Shown here: positions 26,080 through 39,422 of the stretch, piece by piece
How the letters are laid out: each line of letters starts with the position of its first letter
Position numbering within the stretch: position 1 is the first letter of the stretch
Source: Podarcis tiliguerta
Taxonomy: Eukaryota
Strand: one strand, 5' to 3'
Length of the DNA: 64,000 nucleotides
NCBI GenBank assembly: GCA_965153285.1
Contig: OZ229111.1
Notes under the pieces: model-generated
Databases searched by the model: none
Told to the model about the DNA's origin: nothing
What the model saw: the letters and a program-made list of their open reading frames with translations, nothing else
Program-made: the position numbers and the translations under genes

Positions 26080-28732
26080 TCTCTCTCTTTCTTCCCCCCT
26101 CCCCTTTTTTCTGCCTCGAAAAACTCATATGGCTAGCTGACCTTATTTTTTTTGATACTAGGAGAAGTGGGGAGTTGATATCACCGCCACCCCTCAATTT
26201 TTTAAGAAAGGTTCAGATTTACGCAGACTGATACGCAAGCCAATCCGGCTTTTTCCAGAAAGAAAAAAAAGAGGACTCAGATTCTCACATTGCTTCCTCA
26301 AGAGTAATTCCATTGTTGTCAATAGGACTACTCCAGGAGGGAAGCATGCGTGGAGAAGGCTTGCAGTGCAAACTGGGTTGGTTTTTCAACCCAGATTTGT
26401 TTGTTTTTTGGCTTGTTTGTTTTTTTATTAAAAAAAAAACACACGTTTAGATGAGTGACTTATAAGTAGATCACATACGGATCCCAACCTGTTTCTCCCA
26501 TGTACAGCCGACTGAAATCTATTGAGATAAAGGTGATGCGATGAGAACATTTGCAGGGAAATGAGGGGGGGGGGAGAAACTAACGTGGATATTTTAACAT
26601 TTTTCATAGGAGGTATTGAATATGTTGTGAGATGCGCTTAGAAGACTTTCAATGGTTGTTTCAAATAGCGGACGGAATAGCTGGGACATGAGATAGGACA
26701 GGGAGCTGCAGGCAGAAGATGGAGTAGCGCACCTCATTGAGAGGTGCTGTAGCAAGCGAATCTGGCATTTGACTTCATATCTTTATGGGAAATTACTTTG
26801 CTGAAGGACCAGTAAACCACCCGACCTTGCCCTGCCACAGAAAGCTGTACAGTATTTTGAAAAGGTCTCCTTTGCCTCAGCGAGTTCAACTACCGTCTCC
26901 TGAGAGCTGTTGTAGCCCTGTGCGTCCTCATTCCGGAGCACGTCCTGTTTAAGACGCTGGGACTGATTTTCGAATGAGAGGCAGGCGGTCTACTCGGCAG
27001 TAAGTCCCACTGAGCTCAGTGAGATTTGCTCCCTGTTTAGGGTGTATAGGATCGCAACCAGAGTGCTCAGCAGAGGAGGGCTCCAATCTTCTTATATTCT
27101 TACTTGCGAATAAATCCCGTGGTACCCGGTGAGATTTGTTCCTGAGTAAATACCTGTAGGGTCGAGCTGAAAAGCTCCTGATTTCCAAAAGTGCATCTGC
27201 TCTCAGTTAGCGCTAAACCTTGCATATTAAATAAGTAAGGAGGGAAGTACCAGATCAAAAAAGCTCCTTGGAAATCCAAAGATCTCTTAAATCCAGTCTC
27301 AGTAGTTACTAGTTTTGTTTCCTTAGGCAAGACCTACCCTCCTTAATATTTGTTCCAATTAATTACATCGTAAAATTGTCAGCGGCAAATGCCTTGAAAG
27401 CGATGTAGGCTAAGCCAATGTTGGTTTTACGTACATTGAGTGCCTATGGAGTCACCAATGTCCCGTACAACCGGTCCTGAGAGTGTTCCGTCTCTGACAG
27501 CAAGTGCGGGCAGATAGGTAGGAAGGTAGATTCGAGTAACTTTTAAATATATCCTAAGATGCATTTTGAATATGTTGCGTGTCCTACAGAATCCCTTCCT
27601 GACCACGATCCTATGTACTGTACTACTATGCTCACTTTTCAATTCCCTTAAAAATCTATGTGGATCAAGCTCCCCCAACGCTGCCGGGTTGTGATCCATT
27701 GTCTGCAGTGCAAAGGACGGTTAATAAAAAGAGGGGGGGGCGCACGACAGGTTAATTAGGTACCTAATATCCCAAACCTTTGTTATGTGAAGACCGTTCA
27801 GAGTAAGTTAAATGGGGTATGTGAATCTTACGGGACTTGTTGCATCCAAGTCCTAATTCTGTTTACTACTAGCACGAAAGCCTGACCAATATCAATGTAA
27901 TGCATTTCCAAGGAAGTATTCACAGAATGAGGGCATTAGGCGCTTAACTTTCTGTAAATTAGGCCCAAGAACATTTGACCCCTTCCGCCAACGCACAGTA
28001 GACTCTTCGATGCCCTCTAATGATCAGAACCTTATAAAATTATCGCATATATTCAACAGCGTATGGATTGTCTACCATGTTTTATGGAGGTCCACCACAC
28101 TCACAACCAGTAAAGATGGCCAAGAGAAGACTGGGTGGATTCTCATTTCCCCTCCACCGAAATCAAATAGGCCCTGAATTCAACTCATCCAATCTGTTAT
28201 GAACTCTTTCATTTCTGAGATCTTACCCAGCCCTCACCCCGCTTCCCCCTTCTTCATGTTCTTGGTACGTGGTGTAGAAGTACTCTTAAGACAACCCCTT
28301 CTCTTTCTGGTTTCGAAGAGAAATGCACCGGACACGCCCTTCCCGTCTTAAATATAGAAACTATAAATATTCACCCGGGTTGGGTCCTTTGGCGGTTGTT
28401 TTTTAAACCCAGGTAGAAGGTGAAAAATAGATCGGTTCAAGTTTCCTAAGCTCAGTTGGGATTTGGGGTTTGACAATGATAATAAAAAATCTGGAAATAT
28501 ATATGGGCAGGCACCCCTCCTGAGTTTGGGAGATCTAAAGATATCGCTCTGTTCAAGTCAAGTCCGATTAAGATAGAATACCATGACTCTCCTCATATGG
28601 AATTCAGTCTAGTCTGGACCAGTTTAGTCAGTTATGACCCCTGGACATGGACAAAGAGTTCTTATAGCAGGGTCTCGCTATGGGGTAATAGGAAGGGTAT
28701 CTGAATTGCTGCTTACTGAAGTTCCATTATCG

Positions 28733-28796
28733 TAGAATCATAGAATCATAGAATCATAGAATCATAGAATCATAGAATCATAGAATCATAGAATCA
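28733..28796 (-). repeat. (TAGAATCA)x8 octamer array, CR1-LINE-tail type
   Basis: Eight perfect units. The reverse complement (ATTCTATG)n is the CR1 3' terminal repeat. Confidence 0.85.
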
Positions 28797-31039
28797 TTAC
28801 CTCTCCCTCTTCCCACAAGCCCACGACTCCATCTTAAATGCATTGATCAAAAAGATCCGTTTTATTCCAATTGAAAATGATTCTCTTTAGGAATATGCCA
28901 GTTCACTGGATTTAGCTATGCTGTGTTTAGCTAGAGTAGATCGTACCCCCGCCCCCCCTTTTTTTTAACAGGCAAGACCCATTGATTTTCAAATAATATG
29001 CTTTACCTAAGCAACTGAATCTACTATTGATAAAACCCAAAAGCAATTGATTGCAGACCCAACCTAAAGTTGGTGACTTAAGAGCAAGCCAATAAGCCTA
29101 AATGGGATGAAGTTGCGATGTAGTCAGTGCAAGGCGTTCGGGCGGTACAGCAGTTGATTTCGCAACCCCTTTAAGCCTAGATATTGAGATAGCGACGCCA
29201 TTTTGTCTTCAGTTTCCACTAATATAGACTGAGGTCCCCCTTTTTTTTAGCTTAGCTGGCCTGTACATCGGACTGTGTATCTGCTTAAATCCAACGATTC
29301 CAGCTTAAGTTGTGCATATAAGAACTGCTCGTTACTTTCAAGTTACAGACTTGATTGCTTCATATTGTGAGTTGGTTCTTGTTTTCGTCTTGTTCCCTCT
29401 TCTTATGTCTGAAAGAAAGCGCTTTATGTCTAAAAACAATATCAACAGCCAAATAAAGAATTTAAATTGGGAATGAGAGCAAAATGTAACATATTTAAAC
29501 ATCTCCTCCCCGCCCCCCGCAAAATACGAAACTCTTGTAGTTTCTCTGAGCTCCTGGTGAAATTTAGTTTTTGTTTGCTTTATTACATACAGATTATATA
29601 CCGCTAGATTGTAAGAAAATACCTCGAAGCGGTTTACAAACGTATTAGATCCTATCCGCCCCCGCCCCCCCCAAGTTAATAGGAGGACGTGGGACAACAT
29701 CACTAAATGTTGCCCATCAAATTCTGCCCGAGTTCTTGAAGCTGATTTATCCATGTCTACTCAGCTGAGTTCACTGGTACTCACTCCTAGGTAAGCGTGT
29801 CCAGCATTGCAGACTCGGGTTTTCTTCTTAAAACTGGTGTCCACTTCATTCTGCAAATTATTTAAAGGGAAGTTAGTCCCCTAAAACCTTTCAAAATAAA
29901 TGATCTTTTGAATGATGAACTGGGAGTTCAGACCCATTGACTGAAGGAATAAGCAACCCAATTCTATGTGTGCTTACTCGGAAGCAAATCCCCAGTGATT
30001 TCCATGTGGCTCACTCCGAACCTTGCACAGGATTGCAGCCTTAGGCTTTGCATGATGTGGGTTAACGTATCTCCCTTTAATGTTAACTTCGAGGATATAT
30101 TTAAAGGCACCCTTGCTTCCACCTAAGTATGTTGAAGATCGGGGTGCGACTCCTACCAACTTCACACACTACCAGGTTGACAGATCCGGTCGCTCCTCTT
30201 CAGATCTTGTTGAGCACTTTGCTTTGGGTTAAGTTGAGAAGGACACAGGGCAGCATCCCTGGGTCCAGCCCCCTGCAATTGGAGGGGGGGAAACTCTCTC
30301 CATCCTACTTCACTCAAACCCTAATCGCTATCCGTTCGATCCAGGCTGATTGGAAAGGGGTTTCATTGATCTTTTGGAGTTCATAATAACTCGAGATGTT
30401 ACAGCCAGAAAAGGACTCGGCATCTTCCAGACCATTCAATAGTATCCCCTAGATGGGAATCGGATCTTCTGTGTACTACTCTATCGCTCTCTCCCCATAT
30501 TTACTGAACCTAAACACACACACACAATAATTTTAAATGTACATCTGTGATCGGCATGGAAATGTGTTGTGTCTTGGACTAGCCTCGAGTTTTCTTAGCT
30601 TTGGGAGACCCACTTCGTAAAACTCGCTCGGCACCCATGTTTATTACCTATATAACAACTTAGGTGACCCCTTGAGAATATCTCCCGAAGAGGAGTCTGC
30701 GAAGGGCTTGAGCAACAGTCTCTTTTAAGGTGCTGCAGAATTGTGTTGCTTTGAATTGTACCAGAACTCACCTCACTTCCTACCGCATCCTAAGTGTCGC
30801 AATCCGGAGAAGAGTTGTATGAAAGTGATCAATGGGTGAAGCCAAAAACAACTCATTCTGAGGGCGTTGAAGTGCGTCCCAGAATCACCAACACCAGGCA
30901 CATTGGCTGCTGACTTCAAGGGAATATGGACGTCTAAAGACTCAATGTACACAAATGAAGAAACTTTATAAAAACATTAAAAGTGCTTGGAATAAAGCGT
31001 CTGCTCAGGCGCACACGCGCACTCTCCTATAGGTATATA

Positions 31040-31076
<37 letters not shown>

Positions 31077-33457
31077 TTGTTTGCCTCCTTCCATCTATCC
31101 ACCCTTCTATCCTTCCCCTAATAAAAGAGATACCTTAAGGACCAGGGTTCGAGGAAATAAAAAGATTTCTGCATCATGTTATGGTACCCTCTTAGGTCCG
31201 TTTCCGCCATTACTTTTCTCACGGCTGTATAAAGTTTACTTCCTCTTGTTCTCCTTCCTTCTCTAAACTTTAACAGGCACCTGTGATCGTAAAGAAGCAC
31301 TCGTGTCTCTACAACCTTCACCATCTTTGGGGAGTCAGAATTGGTGAGGAAGAAGAGGAAGGAGAAAGGATATTGTAAAAAAAGTGAAGCCTAGTCTCCG
31401 ACAAACCTACCAGTAAAATTGACCAGTGCTGTGGGCCTGGAACCTGTTTGTAATCTAATTAATGTATTTGCACCCAGAATTCTCAACCTTTTGGGGGTGG
31501 GGAGTTAGGAGGCGGGGTTGTCAGTGGATTTCACAGACATGGAAGATGGTTTTGTGTCCCCTCTCCTTTCCATTTCTCCCTGAATGCACAGGGACCGTCC
31601 ACCTTGTGCTGAGTAAGTTTGTTGGTCGTTGGTGTTGGTTGGGAACGCTATAACGTCACTGCTGGGCTAGCCTTGACCGTGACTATGCGGCCTATTTGAC
31701 CTTGACATCACGAGCTTCGCTCATAATACTCAACAAGGCTAGAGCCTTGATCTTCCAGCAACAACTCAGGACTTGATCTTCTAGCAGCAGCTCAGGGGCT
31801 GATCTTCTCCAAAGTGTCCCTTGCTTCTGTTTACAGATAAACAAGGTGTCATTTCAAGTCTAGACAGACGGCCTAATGGCCAACAATAAAGGCATGAAAA
31901 GGAAGCTTCCCAGGTTTAGCCTTTTCTTTCCTTTGTATTAAGTGCTTTGAGTAGCTTCTTAACTATGGCCTTTTATAGTAAAAGGCGCCCCCTCTTTCCT
32001 CCACTTCCCCATTTCCTAGTCATGTATCACTTGCACTTGAAGTTGTTGTTTTTTTAAAGTTTTTAAAGTTGCTGTTTTGTACGGAGGGAGGGGGAAGCTT
32101 GCTCTCACACCAAGCTATAAGCTGAGGTAAGTTGCTAAATCGCTGTACTCTTCATCATCTTCCTTCCTTCGTACCCTCAGTCCAGGAAATTACATTTAGA
32201 ATTGTTTTATTAATAAAAGAGGATGAGATATGCACACCATACCAGTGAAGTATGTTCCATAAATCCATAGATCTATGAGAGAGAGAGAGTTGCCTTAGAT
32301 TGCTTTATTTTGTCACCCTTTAACAAAAGTTTGAGAAAACTTTTGGATATTGAGATCCAAAGTTTTCTGCTTGGAAGTGAGCCCAATTGAGAGCAAGGAG
32401 GTTTATTTCAATGTATTCAGAATTAAATTGATTTCTCTGCTCCATAAAAGCACATTGCACAGCAAGGCAGGACGATATACAGATGTAGATAAACATCCCT
32501 CCAAACAAAGGAAACCCTTATAATTATTTTGTCTTCGCCTTCTATGGGATATACTTTTGCTTCACTGAAGATGCAGGCAGTTGTTTACATAAATCCAGCA
32601 GGAGAATGATAGCCTCTGCTGGCAGTGTTGGGGAAAATGTAGCTGCATCATAAGCATTTAACTCTTCAATGCACAGAGAGAGACTATAGACGGAACTTCT
32701 AATTTGATTTCAAAGTCCATGCAAAACGCTTTAAAATCTAATTTTATATATGATTTCCAAAGGATTTACTCTCTCTGCATTTCTTTTGCTGTGTCTATTT
32801 CATTCTGTTATTCCCTTCCATCTTTTCTCCCCGCCTGCATTTCATAAGAACTATCCAATTTGATCTATTCAAGCTTTCACACTCAGATAAGCTAAAACAG
32901 AATAATTTCCATAAACATTGGTGGTCCTTATCAACCTTTAGAGACCACTTGTAAGGTCCACTCTTAATAAGTATATTCTGTTAGTCTCAAAAAGGACATT
33001 TTCAAGGATGGAATGATGTCAGTAGATGGTCTGAGGTGTTGTTTATTTTTTTAATTTTAATTTTAGTGATCAAGCTATTCAATTAAATTAGGGCTGCAGG
33101 CGGAGTTTGGGTTTTGCTCGGTAACATACTCACAAAAGAGAAGTTGAGACTATGTCAATTGGGTGTTAAAAAGGAAGCGGGGGAAATAGAAGGCGGTATA
33201 GTTTTTATGTTGGGGAAAGGAATTTTCCGCTAGAAGGTTAAGTTCAATTGTATTTTCTTGCAGCAATTGCCAGGTCTTGCTAAGTCCATTTTTAATGTAA
33301 TTTTAAACAACATTTGGGGGAATCGGGTATAGGATGGCACTATATGAACTTGCGGGGGTTTTAATCGGGAGAAGCTTAGGCGGTGGTAAAGAGCTGCTGG
33401 AAGCAGAAATCTAAAAATAAAGAAAGTGAAAAGTTGAGGGCATAGGGAGTATAATCA

Positions 33458-33522
<65 letters not shown>
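33458..33522 (+). repeat. (GT)n(GA)n compound microsatellite
   Basis: Direct observation. A similar array lies at 38769-38820, and (GA)n arrays at 44366-44407, 56143-56182 and 62411-62462. Confidence 0.95.
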
Positions 33523-33528
<6 letters not shown>

Positions 33529-36500
33529 ATACTTTATTGCAGATCTCAGAATGCTGAAGATAACATTGGAACAAAGCTTTGGAAAGAGTCGACGGGGAAG
33601 AGCAAGCTTTCCCCCCACCCAGTGAGGGTCTTTTTTCTCTCTGTCTCCCTTTCTCTCTCCTCTAGCAAGAGCTGGTGTTCTTTCAAGACAGTCATTTGCA
33701 TAAGATGTAGAGCCCATTTAATACACTAGACAGTGACCTTGAACTGGCTCAAGCGCCATCTCGGCTCGGATTCGACTTTCTGTGGGCACCCCATTTTCAA
33801 AGGATCGTTGAAGGAGCGTTCCACTGGTTCTGCAGAAATATCCAAAATGCCTTTAGATCAAAGACAGGCGCCTCCAAAGACGATGGGGGAGAAATTTCGA
33901 CACATTTCTCTCCTACCTAACGTTATGCCTTCATGGTAGATTTCAGGCCTGTTTGTATTAATGTTTTTCCTCGATAGCTACTGCTGTTGCTGAATGTCTG
34001 TATGTCGGGGGGGGGGGGCGAGGTCTAGGGTATTTGATGTGATAGTAATTTTTTTAAAAAGAAATCCGATGTGGACGTAGAAATGCATGGAGCTGGGTCC
34101 CCCGGGGGGGGCGGGGACACGCATCCCTGAATCCCTCAAGAAAGAGTCTGATATGTATATTCCCTCCAAAAGAATATATCCCCCTTCCTCTTCTAAATTA
34201 GTAGTATAAATTATTCATGAAGAAGCCTTAGTCGAGTCTTTAGAATGTTTTATTTTAAGGACCGCAGTAAAGTAATTACATTCTCTTGCTGCAAGTAAAC
34301 GGGGTGGATTAAAAAAAGAAAAGAGAAGACAATCATAACCGTCAGATTATTATTATCATCGTCATTATTTTCCCACCGAAATGGGCATCCTTACTGGCAA
34401 TAAATAGATTATCACAGAAACCTGGAGACTTTAAACACCGTCACCGAGACTCACCCCCCCCCTTGCCTCCTTTGGACCTCCGACATCATTTATTCCAGTG
34501 TGAACCGCTGCAAAGGGTGCAATGAGGAGGGGCGGTGTTTCCAAATAAAATAATACTAATAAAGCTTTATCATTGTTAAACCGGCCAGAAATATATCAAC
34601 GTGTCACGCTGTGTACCTGTGAACCTGCTTCCCTGATGTTATGGGCTGCGGTCTTGACAGAGTCAACCGGCTTCTAGCTCACTGAATTCAACAAGAGTTG
34701 AAAAGGTCTCGCGGTGGACACGGTTGCAGCCAAACCGAGAGATACCACCAGGTTTTTAACCTTGGGTTTTAAGATGGCTCGAGACCTGCTGCCAACGAGA
34801 ATAATCTGGGGTGTTTTCTCTCTCTCTCGCTCTCTTTATTCTTGAGAGGATGGGGCGTTATCTCATAATATAGAAACGATACGGTCTTCTTGGATGGAAA
34901 ACCTCGGTGCCTCTGCAACTATTGTTATCTCTTCCCCTCGCTGTTAGAGCGAGTGAAAGAAGGATTAAAATGTCTCCGCGAGGCTAAAGTTAATGTTCCG
35001 GTGCCGATAAGAGAACAAAGCCACGAAGACTACTGGAGAATGTAAGGTAGAATGATTAAAGCAAAGAACGATTATTATTTTTCCCTAAAAGAGGTCCAAA
35101 TTTATACTCCATCTGCGGCGATCCTGCGCTTGCTGGCTGTAAAACGGTTTACTCCGTCAAGAGATATGCACTATCTCCATTTAAAACCAAAGCAGTGCAA
35201 GGAACTGCACCTGAATTTTTAATAATAATAATAATGTACTAACCTTAAGTAATGACGGGTTAACAGTGTTTAGCTGGATACAAAGTTCTCACATTAAGGT
35301 ACGTATCTGCCCGAAAAGGATGTCCACTTACACCTAGGTGTATGAGGAGCATGTTGGAAGGGAAATTTGGGGTATTAGGGAGCTGGCCCTTTAATAGAAC
35401 TAGGAAAGAAAAGTGTTTATTTGATTAACACGTGATTTCCCCCCTTCTTACATAGCTGGCAGAGCTAAAGTACGGAGCGTGTCGGGAGAAGGGGGAGTAG
35501 CCATTAATGTAAAGGAAGTCCCGGGTAATGTATTCCGAGGGATTTCAATAACACCGGGGTTTTGAGCATCAATATAGGGGGGCAGGTTGCTATTGTTTAA
35601 ATAAAAATAAAAATAAAGGTATGTAGCCGTCCATTCCTCATGTTGGTTTGCTTATATGGGGTGGGGTGTCGAGGGTTCGGTGCCTTCGACAAGACCTCCG
35701 ACAAATCAGTTTTTACGTATACATGAGTATTTACGGTAATTTGTCGTCGAATTCTGTAGTCTTGGAAGTTGGTAGCAGAGAAAATTCCTCAGATCTTCTT
35801 TTTTTTTGGAGGGGTGGCGGCGTGGGATGCAGTCCCCATAAATATATATATACCCCCCCTTTCCCATAAGATAACCTCTCTCCCCTTTGTTCTCCACGAA
35901 GCTTAGTTCTGATCATTCCTAAATCGGGATTGCCTTTTAAGGTTCCTTTCTCAAAGCGAGATCTCTCTGACACAGTATATCGGATTTCTGAAGAGGACGC
36001 CCCCAGCAGTCTCTCTCCTAGACAGAACCAGCTCTTATTTTCGGGGTCCCCTCCCTCCCTCCTTCCTCTAAGCTCAGAGCTTTAGAAAGGACCGATTCGT
36101 CCCACTTTGAGTGGGTACTAATTGAAGGTCCGCTAACGCGTCCTCCTCACTGTTATTTCAGGTGAGCGGAGCGGATAAAACGACGCCCCCCCCCCCGCCC
36201 GCCAGTTCCCTTTGTTTTAATGTATCTAATTTTCATAAGGGTGATCATTCCTTTTTTAAAGCCCTCAGAAATTGGCCGTGGCAATGTTTGCACACCCACC
36301 CCCCAGAAAAAAAACACACACAAATTCACCCTAACTAGGCTGTTGGATCTTTTAAAAAATAAATAAATAAACAGAATTGGGGGGGGGGGGGAGGCGGCGC
36401 AGAGGCACAAGCCCCCCGCACTCCGCCCTGTTAAAGGTGGAAATGTTGAAGAGATTTAAAAACTCTTTCGCCCTATCATCTGTAAATATGAGCCTGTTGC

Positions 36501-36769
36501 GGTTAGACTCATTCGTCTCCTTAAAGAGCCTGTAAACTTTATATGACACAATATCTAATAGTAATTTATTGAGAGATATTGTAAATTTCAACTGTTTTAG
36601 TTAATAAAGGAGCTAATTAATGAGAAAATTGCTTAATTTTGCCAGCTGTTGAAGGGACCCTAAAAGCAGCTGGGGGAGAAGGGTGTCATTTCTTTAAGGT
36701 GGGGGGGACGGACTAATTTTTTTTTATTTTTTACAGTGCTTTGGGTTTCTCAGGCCAGTGCTTAAAGCC

Positions 36770-37003
36770 CGTTGTTTTATTTTATAAAATGTTTTATGAT
36801 TTTTTTAAAAAGCATATAAAAAACCGAAAGGCAGAACTTAGTGTTTTGTTTTGTCTCAAATTGCTAAAGGTGGGTGGCACCCTTTCTCCAACGCAAGTTG
36901 GCGCCCACGTGACCCCTGCGGACCAATAGGGTGGACCTTTAGGTTTAACTATGTTTAATGTCAGATAGCAATAAACTAGAAGCTCTTGGTCAGGCCCGCG
37001 GAA
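36770..37003 (+). promoter_or_regulatory. HOXC12 proximal promoter
   Basis: Cluster of TTTAT Cdx/posterior-Hox sites (36776-36800), E-box CACGTGAC (36906), CCAAT (36923) and GCAATAAA (36968). Confidence 0.6.
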
Positions 37004-37568
37004 ATGGGCGAACATAATCTCCTTAATCCTGGGTTTGTGGGACCGTTGGTGAACATCCATACGGGAGACACCTTCTATTTCCCCAATTTCCGAGCCTCCG
37101 GAGGACAGCTGCCCGGCTTGCCGTCTCTCTCCTACCCAAGAAGGGACAATGTCTGTTCTCTGCCCTGGGCATCCTCAGAACCCTGCAACGGATACCCCCA
37201 GCCCTATCTCAGCAGCCCCGTGTCTATTAACCCTTCCTTCAGCCGAGCCTGCGACCTAGCTAGAGTGGAAGAGAGCAAGTGCTACTATAGGGAGGCGTGC
37301 TCCGAGAACGCTCCCCTCAAAAGGGAGGAGAGGGTTAGGGACAATGCCTTGATGCCTCTCGAATCGGGGATCCCCAATGGAATGAGCGGCAGTTTCGGCA
37401 AATTTGACTATCCGGCTCCCGAGGCGGTGCCCCACGATCCCCCCTCTTGTCAGTCTTTGGAGTCAGACTCCAGCTCCTCCTTACTCAATGAAGGCAATAA
37501 GGGCGCCACCAGCGAGCCGTCCACAATGGTTTCCCCTATCAACCAAGGAAGCAATCTTTCCGCTGGGG
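37004..37568 (+). CDS. HOXC12: Homeobox C12, coding exon 1
   Basis: [33 protein letters not shown]...[23 protein letters not shown]. Phase-1 donor GGG G|gtaag. Confidence 0.97.
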
Positions 37569-38771
37569 GTAAGAACGTGCGACCAGGAAATATATATATA
37601 TATACGAATAAGAAAAGCGAATTTATGCAATGCCTTTTCTTTATTTTATTCTTATTTTGTGTTCTCTCTCTCTCTCTCCCTCTCTCTTTCTCTCTCTTAC
37701 GCGCGCGCGCGCTCTCTCTTGCTTGAAAAAGTCTGCTCGCGACTCTTGCTGTTATAAATTCCATGAAATTAGCAGCTGGGACTGAAGCATGTCTATTTGT
37801 GCCGAGGCCACTAGGGGTAGCACTCAAATGCCTCGTGCTTTATTAGGTGCTGCTTCTTTTAAAAGAAAAGCCTATAAACATGTAAATATCCCATAAAAGA
37901 GATCGCGATGGCCCAGATAGACAGATTTTCATGCCTCTCTTTCTTTCTCTCTCTCCCCCCACCCTCCTCCCGAATCTGAACAGGCACGCTACATGCAGGA
38001 CAATTTGCCACTGGGTGCGTGAAGCTTTTGCAACAGAAATGAAATGTAGAAGGGTGTGTGATTGTATTTGGAAGATTTGGTAGAAGTCTGACTACAGGGC
38101 TGGGAGGGCTAAACTTCCACGGGTTTTCTGTCCCCGGTGAGATTAGCCACCCTGGGTAAAAACCCATTCTAAGGATGGTGCCAAGCGCTGCATTAAAAAA
38201 AAGAAACAAACCCCCTGGTTTTCAAAACCCAATTCTCGCCTTCCCGCCATCCCAGCCCATCCCCATACAAAACCGGGAAGGTTCTATAAAGAAAAAGTAT
38301 ATATCTCCACGCAGTGCTGAGACACCATTTGCCAAAATACAAAAAAACAAAAACAAACCCAACCCAAACAAACTCTCTCTCATAAAGCTTCCCGTTATGT
38401 GCCTGATCCTCTGGTGAGCAAACACTTCCAGGAACAAGAACCAGTTGGTTCTCGTCTCCTGTGAAGCGTCCCTGGCTGCTGGAGATGTTTCATTCCCTCT
38501 GCAGAATCTGTCTTTGGGACTCTGAAGACAGAGGCTTCCTCGTCCTTAAACTTCAGATCTGACATCTCCCAAACTGGATACCTAAGGCATGCCAACCCAT
38601 CTGGTGCCTTGAGGTCTTACACGGTAACCGCAGAGACACTCTAGCATTCATTCTAGCTGATGGTGCTGGTACTTTTTGGCTGTTCGGGATCTGTAAGAGC
38701 TAGCTTAGGTTGCTTATTTTTCTGTAAGATAAATAAGCCAAAGTTGCCACCGGTTATAAAAGTCCAGCGGT

Positions 38772-38821
<50 letters not shown>

Positions 38822-39183
38822 ATCCTAACCAGCTTTTATCTCCGATCTCTCCTTAAATCCTAATAGTTCCGAAAACCTGCAATGTATGACTTATGTGGTA
38901 TGCGTGGTGACACAGGAGCCCAGGAGCTTGGAATCTAAAACGCAGATGTACAGGTCTTCTTCCCACCTTTCTCTCGAAGTTAAAGCATCTTTACTGGATT
39001 GCGCATTAGAAACGTGTATCTCATATTATTAAATAACGAGCCGTGTGTGGGTCAAAAAGGGAGGGGGGAAGCTTTCCCTTTTTTAAAGCGTTACCCGCTC
39101 CCCTCTTTCTTTTCGTTTCTTTCTTTCTCTTTCTCTCTTCCCCTCCATGTGTTTAAATCTCCTTTCCATCACGCTGTTCTTAG

Positions 39184-39422
39184 GTGCTCCCTGGTACCCG
39201 ATGCACACAAGGTCCCGGAAAAAGCGAAAACCCTATTCTAAGCTACAGCTAGCGGAGCTGGAAGGGGAGTTTATGGTCAATGAATTCATTACTCGCCAAA
39301 GAAGGAGGGAGCTTTCAGATCGGTTAAACCTGAGTGACCAGCAGGTGAAGATCTGGTTCCAGAACCGGCGTATGAAAAAGAAAAGACTCCTCCTGAGAGA
39401 GCAAGCCCTTTCCTTCTTTTAA
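39184..39422 (+). CDS. HOXC12: Homeobox C12, coding exon 2 (homeodomain)
   Basis: Acceptor ttcttag|GT, then [27 protein letters not shown]...[22 protein letters not shown]. Total CDS 804 nt = 267 aa. Confidence 0.98.

Noticed and set aside
31746-31810. Repeat-spacer (CRISPR-like) pattern
   Set aside because: A simple eukaryotic tandem duplication without unique spacers.
33752-33770. CTCF-like motifs at ~33755, ~20640, ~31985 and ~61610
   Set aside because: Each has the AGRKGG half but lacks the near-invariant 5' C.
36986-37726. 246-aa ORF with an upstream start and a long C-terminus
   Set aside because: The upstream start is TTG and the conserved start is the ATG at 37004. Sequence after 37568 is intron containing microsatellites.
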